The position numbers and the translations under genes are program-made. The notes beneath the pieces are model-generated. The model searched no databases. It worked only from the letters and a program-made list of their open reading frames with translations, and was not told the origin of the DNA. A stretch of DNA of 20,000 nt from assembly GCA_046539845.1 (NCBI GenBank), contig JBKHGE010000007.1, positions 54,077 through 74,076 on the forward strand, written 5' to 3'. Below, in pieces: positions 12,312-19,945 of this stretch. This stretch comes from Desulfonatronovibrionaceae bacterium (GTDB lineage: Bacteria; Desulfobacterota; Desulfovibrionia; Desulfovibrionales; Desulfonatronovibrionaceae). The number at the start of each line of letters is the position of its first letter. Position 1 is the stretch's first letter.

Positions 12312-12344
12312 ACATAAAAAATCCACTTGATTTGTCGAAAAACC
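12312..12344. repeat. Possible degenerate solo ISL3/MITE terminal repeat
   Basis: acataaaaaatccacttgatttgtcgaaaaacc resembles the MITE right end acataaaaatccatactctatgtcgaagagcc; its reverse complement matches the ISL3 left IR at 19/26 positions. Confidence 0.45.
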
Positions 12345-12670
12345 CCAAAAAATCCTGCATTGCCGAGCCCTTGCACAAGGAAGTGTTTGCTGGCATATTC
12401 TCATAATTATTGTTGCCGAGATTGATCCGGAAAAATCCTTAGCAGGTCGGTCTTAAATTTTTCAATAACAGCAAACAGGCAGTGAGTAAAAGTCTTGGGT
12501 GCGGATAAGTACGCTTAGGCCTGGGACTTCTTTGTTTCGTGCCTGATGATCATGTCAGTGGCCTGCGGCCCAAGGTATTTTTTAAGTCGCTAGCTAGGTA
12601 TGGACTGGAAAAGGGACGGGCCGGCTATTTTACCCGGCCCCGGGATGATGCAAAAGAGAGGAGGGTGCTG

Positions 12671-14005
12671 ATGTCTAAAAGGGATACCCTGGATCAGGTG
12701 GTTCGCTATTTTGTCCAGGATAACGGCGGTTTTCTGGTGGTCAGCCATGATAACGGGTTTATCAAGATGTTTAAGGGCTGTCTCAAGTCTTTGGGGATTT
12801 CCAGTGACAGCCTGCATACTCATTATGAGATAGAAAGCTACGTAAAACAGACCAGCTCGCTTTTGAAGCGCTATAAAAGGCTTATTCTCTTTGTCGAGGC
12901 CAGCATTGAAGGCCGGAGCAGCACTGTTTTTTTCAAGCAGGTAAAGGAGTTTGTTGGCGATCGGGCGATTATTATTTGCATAAGTACTGAGGTGGACAGG
13001 GAGCTTTTGTTTTTGTTCCACGAGATGGGCGCAGATAATATTATTATCAAGCCGGTCTCGGTCAATTCCATAGTAGAGAAGATCGCTTTTACCCTGAAAC
13101 CGAATAACCTGCGCCAAATGGTGGACAAGGCCAAAGAGGCGATCGCGGCCGGGGAATATTCCCCGGCCCGGATAGTGGTCAACGAGATATTTAAAATAAG
13201 CCCGGAAAGCGCTATCGGCAATATCCTCCTTGGCGACATCCATAAATGTGAAAAGGATTACCGGGAAGCCGAGGCCAGATACAAAAAGGCCACCCAGAAT
13301 GCGCGCATGTACCTGGAGCCTTTGGAAAGGCTGGTCCAATTGTATGAGGAAACCGGACAAAAGGAACGCAAGCTGGAGGTGTTGAAAAAACTGGACAAAA
13401 TCTCGCCCTTGAACCACGAGAGAAAATTGTCCATAGGGGACGCGTATGCGGACCTGGGAGACGTGGACAATACCAAGGCCTATTACGATGACGCCCTGCG
13501 CTTGGTCCGCAAAAACGCCAATGATCTTATGAGCAATACCATGATGCAGGTGGGCAAGAGGATGCGGGGTATTGATTCCTCACTTAGCCTGGAGTACATG
13601 GACAAGGCTTTGGAGCTTAAGAAAGGTTCTTTGAGCAAGGAAGACCTGTGGATGTTCAATGAAATCGGGTTGGCCCTGCGCAAGCAGGGAAAATGGGAAG
13701 AAGCGGTCAAAAATTATAACAGCGCACTCCAGGTCAGCCGCAATGACGGGGGAATACTGTACAATATGGCCATGGCCTATATGCAGGGCAGGCAGTACTA
13801 TAAAGCGGTACAGCAGATAGAGAAGGCCTTGGAGAGCAGTCCGGAACTCTTAAACTATGATGCCAACATCCCGTATAATATCGCTCTTGTATACCACGGT
13901 GGCAAGCAATATCCGGAAGCCCAGCAGTATGCCAAAATTGCGTTGGTAAACGACCCGGATCATTCCCGGGCCGCAGAGCTTTTGCAGCAGCTGCAAAGCG
14001 GCTGA
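12671..14005 (+). CDS. Receiver-like (probably pseudo-receiver) domain + TPR repeat protein
   Basis: ATG 12671 follows an AGGAGG RBS. N-terminus has a CheY-like pattern (FLVVSHD, LILFVE, IIICISTE, GADNIIIKPVS); C-terminus has TPRs (FNEIGLALRKQGKWEEAVKNYNSALQVS; LYNMAMAY). Confidence 0.8.
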   Translation: MSKRDTLDQVVRYFVQDNGGFLVVSHDNGFIKMFKGCLKSLGISSDSLHTHYEIESYVKQTSSLLKRYKRLILFVEASIEGRSSTVFFKQVKEFVGDRAIIICISTEVDRELLFLFHEMGADNIIIKPVSVNSIVEKIAFTLKPNNLRQMVDKAKEAIAAGEYSPARIVVNEIFKISPESAIGNILLGDIHKCEKDYREAEARYKKATQNARMYLEPLERLVQLYEETGQKERKLEVLKKLDKISPLNHERKLSIGDAYADLGDVDNTKAYYDDALRLVRKNANDLMSNTMMQVGKRMRGIDSSLSLEYMDKALELKKGSLSKEDLWMFNEIGLALRKQGKWEEAVKNYNSALQVSRNDGGILYNMAMAYMQGRQYYKAVQQIEKALESSPELLNYDANIPYNIALVYHGGKQYPEAQQYAKIALVNDPDHSRAAELLQQLQSG

Positions 14006-14061
14006 ACCTATTTTGGCGACGGCCGCACCTTGAGTGTTTTAAAACTGGATTGAAAACAAGT

Positions 14062-14685
14062 ATGCATTTAAACCCCAAAATAACAGCTTCTATACTCGCT
14101 CCGGCGGTTAGCGCTTGGAGCTTTACGCTCAGATACCAACGCCATAACTTCTCTGAAGTGCTGAAGCTCCGGGAAGAAAAGGCCCCGATGGTCTATGCCA
14201 TTTGGCACAGCGAGATGTTCCCGCTTTTTTGGCTGCACAAAGGCGAAGATATGACCGCTGTGGTCAGTGCCAGTGAAGATGGGGAGATCCTGGCCTGGTT
14301 TATGGCCCGCATGGGGTACGGTCTGGCCAGAGGGTCCAGTTCCAGGCTGGGCCTGCGCGCGCTCAAGACAGCCGCGGCAGCCATGCGCCGGGGAAGTGAG
14401 ATCATTTTTACTGTTGACGGACCCACTGGTCCCAGGCACGAAGTCAAGCCGGGTGCGGTTTATCTGGCTGCCAGGTTCGGTGCGCAAATAGTCCCGGTCC
14501 GGGTGCATATGCCCAAAAAATATGTGTTTAAAAGAAGTTGGGATAAATTCTGTCTTCCGTATCCGTTTTCCAGGATTTATGTTCGTTACGGAGATCCGTA
14601 TACCCCTTCAATCACGGAGATAACCGTGTCCGCCCTGCAGACCGGTTGCAAGGAGCTGGAAGAAAGACTTAAAGCTCTGCTTTAG
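14062..14685 (+). CDS. DUF374 / lysophospholipid acyltransferase-family protein
   Basis: YAIWH, VSASEDGEIL, RGSSSR.G, FTVDGPTGP, KPGAVYLA, SWDKFCLPYPF; start at ATG 14062 or TTG 14050. Confidence 0.85.
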   Translation: MHLNPKITASILAPAVSAWSFTLRYQRHNFSEVLKLREEKAPMVYAIWHSEMFPLFWLHKGEDMTAVVSASEDGEILAWFMARMGYGLARGSSSRLGLRALKTAAAAMRRGSEIIFTVDGPTGPRHEVKPGAVYLAARFGAQIVPVRVHMPKKYVFKRSWDKFCLPYPFSRIYVRYGDPYTPSITEITVSALQTGCKELEERLKALL

Positions 14686-14755
14686 GTTTTGGACCGGTTA
14701 ATAAATTTTTTTTAACTATAATCTTTATTTTGCCCAAGGGGCTGATGCTTTCTTA

Positions 14756-15001
14756 GGTTCCTCGACGTTGGATGAGGATTTCATCCGCCTGATCCTGTTT
14801 GATGCTTTTAACGAGAGGCTCGAGCGTTTTCTTGCCCTTTATAATATTAGGTCGAAATCCGGCACTCAGATCTTTGATCTGAGTGCCGGAAGGGGGCAAG
14901 CATCCCCCTTTGGCGGGGGCTAGAAAACTCCGAGCCGGAAGTTTGGTCAAACAGGATCAGGCGGGTGAAACATAAAAATCCATACTCTATGTCGAAGAGC
15001 C
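14756..15001. mobile_element. 246-bp non-autonomous ISL3-type MITE
   Basis: Left end GGTTCCTCGACGTTGGATGAGGATTT (22/26 to ISL3 left IR); right end reverse complement GGCTCTTCGACATAGAGTATGGATTT (first 11 identical, 19/26 overall); flanks ctttctta / ttttttta (6/8, a degenerate target duplication); no credible ORF inside. Confidence 0.8.
14779..14970. repeat. Nested inverted repeats inside the MITE
   Basis: 24-bp IR 14779-14802/14947-14970 (one G-U); imperfect IR 14817-14837/14917-14936; perfect 15-bp palindrome 14858-14872/14876-14890; small agggg/cccct hairpin 14891-14908. Confidence 0.9.
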
Positions 15002-15035
15002 TTTTTTTAAAACATTGCAAGCAAGTCAGGCTATC

Positions 15036-15911
15036 ATGCGTGATGTGATTTATAATCTTCTGGTCTTGTGCCTGAGGATGCTTCCTTTACGGGCGCTGCA
15101 CTGTGCCGGAGAGGGGCTGGGACGGAGTATATGGTTTTTTGCCCCTTCCAGGAGGAGATATGCCCTCCGGGCGGTCAGACACAGACTGAATACATCCCCA
15201 AGGGAGGCCCGGCGCATAGCTGGGCAAAGCTTTCTTCATTCCGGGAAATCGTTTATGGAACTACCGTATTTTGGATTCGATTTCAGATTTTTGGAACAAA
15301 ATCTGGAGGTATCCGACCCGGAGATGCTTGCCCGTATAGCTGCAAGTCCCAGGCCTCTGGTCCTGCCCAGTGCCCATTTCGGCGCTTGGGAGCTGTTGAG
15401 TCCGACCATGGTAATGCTTTTGCCCGGCAAAAATGGACTGGGAGCGGTCCGCCTGCCCAAGGACAATAGTCTGGCCCGGGTCATGCAGCATCTGCGTACC
15501 AGATCCAAGCTCTCCTTTTTGCCCCATCGTGGTTCCGCTGTGCGGATACTTCAGCATCTAAAAAAAGGTGGAGCAGCCGGGTTTTTAGTGGATCACAACT
15601 GCCAGCGGCACGAGGCCAGTTTTATTTCCTTTCTGGGGAAAAAGGCGGCGGTAAATACCGGACCGGCCCTTCTGGCGGTGCGCTCCAAGGCCGTTTTATG
15701 GCCGGTCTTTCTACTTCGCAGACCCCGGGGTCGGTATAGGCTCTTGTGCATGGAACCCTTGGATACCCGGGAGGTGGAAGGAGATCTCCGGGAAAGGGTC
15801 GGGAAATGCGCTGGGTTTTACACCGGGGCGGTGGAGAGGGTGGTCCGAGAGTACCCGGAGCAATGGTTCTGGATGCACAGGCGTTGGAAGACTCGGCCCC
15901 GGGGAGAGTAA
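15036..15911 (+). CDS. Lipid A late acyltransferase (LpxL/HtrB family)
   Basis: SAHFGAWELL (acyltransferase catalytic motif), GFLVDHN, FLGKKAAVNTGPALLA, C-terminal YPEQWFWMHRRWKTRP; ATG 15036 preferred over TTG 15015. Confidence 0.9.
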   Translation: MRDVIYNLLVLCLRMLPLRALHCAGEGLGRSIWFFAPSRRRYALRAVRHRLNTSPREARRIAGQSFLHSGKSFMELPYFGFDFRFLEQNLEVSDPEMLARIAASPRPLVLPSAHFGAWELLSPTMVMLLPGKNGLGAVRLPKDNSLARVMQHLRTRSKLSFLPHRGSAVRILQHLKKGGAAGFLVDHNCQRHEASFISFLGKKAAVNTGPALLAVRSKAVLWPVFLLRRPRGRYRLLCMEPLDTREVEGDLRERVGKCAGFYTGAVERVVREYPEQWFWMHRRWKTRPRGE

Positions 15912-16003
15912 GGCGGGACAAGGCACCACCGGAAGAAAAAAAAGTGTCTGTGGCCTGCATCCGGAGCCGCTGACCCTGAGCGCAGGGGCAAGAAAAGGCC
16001 CTA

Positions 16004-16243
16004 TTATTTGCCTTCTTCGCGCAGGACATCCTCGATTAACTCCCTGTCTTTTGCTCTGGACTCCGCGTTCAAGGCCTTTGACCCGCCGTGGCATTCGATT
16101 CCCGAGGAGGTGAGCCGGATATGGCCCGCAGATACCACTTGTACGTAAGGGATTACCCGCCGAAGTTCCTCGTGCCTGATCCTTTTGGGGAAGATGATCG
16201 GGGTTTCCTGCCCGCCGAAATCCTTAAAGATGATGTATTTCAT
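16004..16243 (-). CDS. Small hypothetical protein (79 aa)
   Basis: ATG start with AAAAGGA RBS, protein-like composition, not overlapping other genes, 46 nt downstream of the TPR gene on the same strand. Confidence 0.75.
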   Translation of the reverse strand: MKYIIFKDFGGQETPIIFPKRIRHEELRRVIPYVQVVSAGHIRLTSSGIECHGGSKALNAESRAKDRELIEDVLREEGK

Positions 16244-16289
16244 GATCGGTCCTTTTGTTTCTATTATTTATTTGGAAAGAGTTATTGAA

Positions 16290-18302
16290 TCAGAAAAGAG
16301 GGGCTTGACCGCCCTGTTTTTCTTTTGCCGCTTGGATCGAGTCCAATCGCTGCCGAGCCGCCTTTTTCTGACTGTCCCGGTCCGAGTTTTCCAGCACGGT
16401 TTCGTACAGATTTTGGGCCGCTTCCAGCATACCCTGCTTTTCATATAATTGTCCGGCCCGGTAAGCCGCGGTCAGCGCCCAGATATTTTCTTCTGTATAT
16501 TCCCAGGCCACCCGGAGATAGGCGTCTTTTGCCTTTTCGATATCTCCCTGCATTTGGCGGCCTTCTCCGATCCAGAACAGGATTTCGGCCTGCAGACCCG
16601 AAGAGAGGCTTTGTCTGTTTTCCCACAAATCTTTCAGGATTTTGTCCGCCCATTCCCACTGGTCCTTTTGCTGTGCCGCCAGAGCCAGCTTGAGCCGCTT
16701 TTCCGGATCCACTGCGCCGGGATCGCGTTTGAGTAGGAGCGCATAGGTCTGCAGGGATTCCTTTTCCCGGCCCAGATCCATAAGGATCCCGGCCTTGGCC
16801 TTCAGCAGCTCGGACTCGTTTTCAGTCCGGAACTTTTCCGCCCGGATCCGCTGTAGGTATTCCCAGGCAACTTTTTTGTTTCCGTTCTCATAGGCTTGGC
16901 GGGCCAAATTAAGAAAGGCGGACTGTCCGGCCGGGGTGTCCGGAAAAAGGAAGGCGGTCTCTTTACTAGAGGTAGAATTTTTGTTTTGGCTCAGCCGGGT
17001 GTAGTTCTCCAAATAATCCAAAGATTGCGGAGAAAGGGAGGCTTTCGCCGGATCCTGAACCCTGTCCGCCCAGGTGGAATAGGCTCCGGAAAGTCCGGTC
17101 TCCAGGCCTGCGGCCAAGAGCATCTCCCGGAGCATGGGTATATATCTGGTCTGGTCGACCTGTATCTCTTCGGGGTTGTTCCGGGCCAGGGCCCGGGCCA
17201 TTTGCAGACACAGGGGCAGATCGTGGGGAAGATTGTCTTCCTCGATGGCGTAATAGTCCCCAAGGATCAGGCGATAGGCCAGAATCATCCGAGACAGGGC
17301 AGATTTCACCTCCGGAGCCAGAAGAGAAGAATCGTATTCCTTGAGCAGTGAATCCAAACTCTCTTGCGGGGGCATGGAGCTTATTTTTGCCAGGTAATCG
17401 TTCCAGCCGGGCTGATCCGGATAGGAGATGCTCCATTTGTCCTTTTGGCTTAGTTCCTGGAGCTGCCAGCCAAATACCGAGAAAAACATGTCCGTGCGGG
17501 TGGAATTGTCTTCGGAAGAGGCGAACAGGTTTTTTCCCTTTGGGTCGTTGGATTTAAGCCCGGCGTTAAGGTTTTGCCACAGCTCATCTTCGGGCTTATT
17601 TCCCAGTTCGTTTAAGATTTCTTTGGCATTTTCAAAATCCCGCAGGGCCCAGTAGGCGAAGAGCCGGGATACATCCCTGGTGTAGCCGGGTATAGCCGGG
17701 GATGAGGGGAGGGGACCCCCGTCTTTTTTGAGCTCCCGGCAGACGGTCCGGGCCTTTTTCCAAAATTTCGATTCCGGGTCGAAGACAAGGCCGGCATCCG
17801 CCCAGCTACAGAGGATATCCCGCTTGCCGTCCTCCAGAGACCAAGGTGTAAGGGCGGTCCAGAAGGCCTTTTTCCAGGTCCAGACAAAGAGATCCCTTAG
17901 TCCGGGAATATCTTGGATCCGCTTTTTATATTCCGAGGCGTCAAAATAGTTTGCAGCCTGAGAGATAAGATTTATGCCACGTTCGTATTCACCCAGGCTG
18001 CGGTGGATCCGGCCAAGGAGGATGAGCCGCTGGCCCTGATCAGTGTCCTTGAATTCCGCGTTACTCCCTTCGAGCAGATTTCGGGCCTCCTTGAGCCGGC
18101 CAAGTTTAAAAAGGGCCCGTGACCTTTCTAAAAGGACCTCGGGTGAGTCCTCCTGGTTATCCAGAGTGCGGGCGTATGCATCCAGGGCTTGTTTCTCCTT
18201 CAGCCATTCCGAGAACTCCTTTTGTTCGTCTGCGGCAGCAGCAATCGGGATCAAAAGTACCAACGTCAGCAGGGTTGTTAATTGTAGTATTTTTATGTCC
18301 AT
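16290..18302 (-). CDS. Exported tetratricopeptide-repeat protein (670 aa)
   Basis: Signal-peptide-like N-terminus (MDIKILQLTTLLTLVLLIPIAAAA-DE); TPR-like helices near the N-terminus and at the C-terminus (AEILFWIGEGRQMQGDIEKAKDAYLRV; AAYRAGQLYEKQG); AGGGG RBS. Confidence 0.8.
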   Translation of the reverse strand: MDIKILQLTTLLTLVLLIPIAAAADEQKEFSEWLKEKQALDAYARTLDNQEDSPEVLLERSRALFKLGRLKEARNLLEGSNAEFKDTDQGQRLILLGRIHRSLGEYERGINLISQAANYFDASEYKKRIQDIPGLRDLFVWTWKKAFWTALTPWSLEDGKRDILCSWADAGLVFDPESKFWKKARTVCRELKKDGGPLPSSPAIPGYTRDVSRLFAYWALRDFENAKEILNELGNKPEDELWQNLNAGLKSNDPKGKNLFASSEDNSTRTDMFFSVFGWQLQELSQKDKWSISYPDQPGWNDYLAKISSMPPQESLDSLLKEYDSSLLAPEVKSALSRMILAYRLILGDYYAIEEDNLPHDLPLCLQMARALARNNPEEIQVDQTRYIPMLREMLLAAGLETGLSGAYSTWADRVQDPAKASLSPQSLDYLENYTRLSQNKNSTSSKETAFLFPDTPAGQSAFLNLARQAYENGNKKVAWEYLQRIRAEKFRTENESELLKAKAGILMDLGREKESLQTYALLLKRDPGAVDPEKRLKLALAAQQKDQWEWADKILKDLWENRQSLSSGLQAEILFWIGEGRQMQGDIEKAKDAYLRVAWEYTEENIWALTAAYRAGQLYEKQGMLEAAQNLYETVLENSDRDSQKKAARQRLDSIQAAKEKQGGQAPLF

Positions 18303-18484
18303 GTATTCCCCTTGGCTTGAGCTTGTTTTTGCAAAGGATGAGTTATCCTTTTATTTAGATTTGGTAGTTCAGATTTTACCCGCTATCAAGCCCCAAGTCT
18401 CCCATGTATTTGATTTTTTTACCCCGGATTTGCAGTGGTTAAAATTAAAGTTTACATAATTTACATTATGGGACATAAATAAGG

Positions 18485-18513
18485 AAAAATAAAAGCGGCC
18501 GTCTAGGCCGCTT
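18485..18513 (-). terminator. Intrinsic terminator (minus strand), probably the original transaldolase terminator
   Basis: aagcggcc-gtcta-ggccgctt stem; on the minus strand it runs into ttttattttt; about 28 nt downstream of the reconstructed pre-insertion TAA. Confidence 0.75.
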
Positions 18514-18549
18514 CTTAAGGTCTTATAAAACTCGAGCGGATTATTTTTT

Positions 18550-19945
18550 GGTTCTTCGACGTTTGATGTGGAATTTGCCACATACCTGATGTAACGCTCA
18601 CTGTACCGTAATAGCTTCTTTCAGGAGCTTATCAATGGGAGCGCCAATCAGGTATATCATTGAAATAAATGTTCTTTCGTTTCTGTAACCTCTTGCCTTG
18701 GCTTTGGCCGACTGAAAGAGGCTGTTCAGGCCCTCGAGCCTGGCGCTGGTATGGTTAGACACCCAACGTCTGGCAATTTTAACTGCAAGCTCTTTGAAAG
18801 TTTTCAATGCCGTCTTTACCGGCTTTAAAAGCGGATCAGCCTGAACCTGTTCTTCGGCATGTCTGATAAAGTGTGTGATCCTCCATCTGGCTGCCTGGAC
18901 AGTGGTAGAATGCCGAATCCATCTGAGCAGTTCCTTGATCCGGTAAGCCGTGGCTGTGGCAAACCCACTGGACTCAAGTTCCTGAAGGGCTTCCTGTTGT
19001 CTGACTGTTTTTTCCTTCTCCTGGCCCTTGAGGATAGCCCAGCGGACAGACTTGGGGAAACCGTCTTGCTTTTGTTCATTGCGCCGGACCTTTTCCAGGG
19101 CTTCTGTGAACAGCTTGACCACATGGAACCAGTCCACTGTGATCTGTGCCTCCTTGAACTCTTTTTCTGCTGCTGAGAGAAAGGATGGGGACATGTCACA
19201 GACCACCTCAAGGACATTGTCTGGATTGCCTCCATGTTTCTTCAAATGTTGTTTGAAAGCCCTGACACATCCTTTGCCTTTCCCTGGAGTGGCAAAGATC
19301 ACCGGCTTGGCTGTGCGGTCCATGTCGACAAACACGGTGATGTACTCATGGCCACTCAGCGAAGTTTCATCCAGGCCCAGAGCGGTCAAACCGGAAAGAT
19401 CCAGGTTGGCCATGGCCTTGCTCACATAGTGGTGAACAATACGCCACAGGCGTTTGTCAGTGGTTTCAATGATCCTGGCAGCAGATGCAACAGGCATCTC
19501 CCGCATCAGGGTCATGGCGGCCTGTTCAAAGAGCAGAGTAAACTTGCTGCCTTCTCTGGCCCAGGGAACATTAACCCTGCGCACTCCATGCTCAGGACAC
19601 TTGATCCTGGGAACATCGGCAGTGAGATAACAATGGTGCTGGAAAAAGTTCAAATGTCTCCATGTGAATTCCCTGAAGTCATGGGCTTTGCACTTTTCCC
19701 CACATGTGGGACAGGGAAACCTGGAGCCTCTGTCAGCACTGATACGAATATGGAGCTCATGCGGAGATTTATTGGTTTCAAGCCATTGCTCAACTATCTT
19801 CCAGGGTTTCTCCAGGCCAAGACCAAGGGTCATTATATCTTTGGAAAACATAAGCAGATCCTCCTCTTTGATAATTTGGAGATCTGCTAACTGAAATCGG
19901 AAACTAAATCAAAAAATTAAATTCCACATCAAACGTCGAAGAGCC
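18550..19945 (-). mobile_element. Complete ISL3-family insertion sequence (1396 bp)
   Basis: 27-bp terminal IRs 18550-18576 and 19919-19945 (GG[T/C]TCTTCGACGTTTGATGTGGAATTT, one mismatch); perfect 8-bp direct repeat TATTTTTT at 18542-18549 and 19946-19953; single transposase ORF. Confidence 0.96.
18598..19851 (-). CDS. ISL3-family transposase
   Basis: Zinc finger CPTC...WRHLNFFQ...VPRIKCPEHG, VPWAREGSKFTLLFE, DDE residues in GLDE / VCDMS / LEGLNS, KAKARGYRN; intact 417-aa frame with GAGGAGG RBS. Confidence 0.96.
   Translation of the reverse strand: MFSKDIMTLGLGLEKPWKIVEQWLETNKSPHELHIRISADRGSRFPCPTCGEKCKAHDFREFTWRHLNFFQHHCYLTADVPRIKCPEHGVRRVNVPWAREGSKFTLLFEQAAMTLMREMPVASAARIIETTDKRLWRIVHHYVSKAMANLDLSGLTALGLDETSLSGHEYITVFVDMDRTAKPVIFATPGKGKGCVRAFKQHLKKHGGNPDNVLEVVCDMSPSFLSAAEKEFKEAQITVDWFHVVKLFTEALEKVRRNEQKQDGFPKSVRWAILKGQEKEKTVRQQEALQELESSGFATATAYRIKELLRWIRHSTTVQAARWRITHFIRHAEEQVQADPLLKPVKTALKTFKELAVKIARRWVSNHTSARLEGLNSLFQSAKAKARGYRNERTFISMIYLIGAPIDKLLKEAITVQ

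Noticed and set aside
12244..12670. Possible integrative island at the tRNA-Asp 3' end
   Set aside because: No integrase and no duplicated tRNA 3' end seen in the window; downstream genes look chromosomal.
14753..14950. 65-aa minus-strand ORF inside the MITE
   Set aside because: TTG start, no recognisable motif, and it runs through palindromic DNA and across the element boundary; probably spurious.
14756..15001. CRISPR array, attC site or 6S RNA interpretation of the palindromic region
   Set aside because: No direct repeat-spacer periodicity, no cas or integrase genes, and the branched fold with ISL3-like ends fits a MITE better; an Rfam search is still advisable.
18333..18470. Small palindromes upstream of the TPR gene (aaaggat/atccttt; cataat/attatg)
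   Set aside because: Short stems in very AT-rich DNA; not distinguishable from background without comparative data.
18524..18540. Short similarity tataaaactcgagcgga to MITE interior tagaaaactccgagccgga (14921-14939)
   Set aside because: Too short and needs two gaps; compatible with chance.
18369..18581. 70-aa minus-strand ORF downstream of the transposase
   Set aside because: It starts within the IS end and crosses the target duplication and a terminator; a chimeric chance frame.
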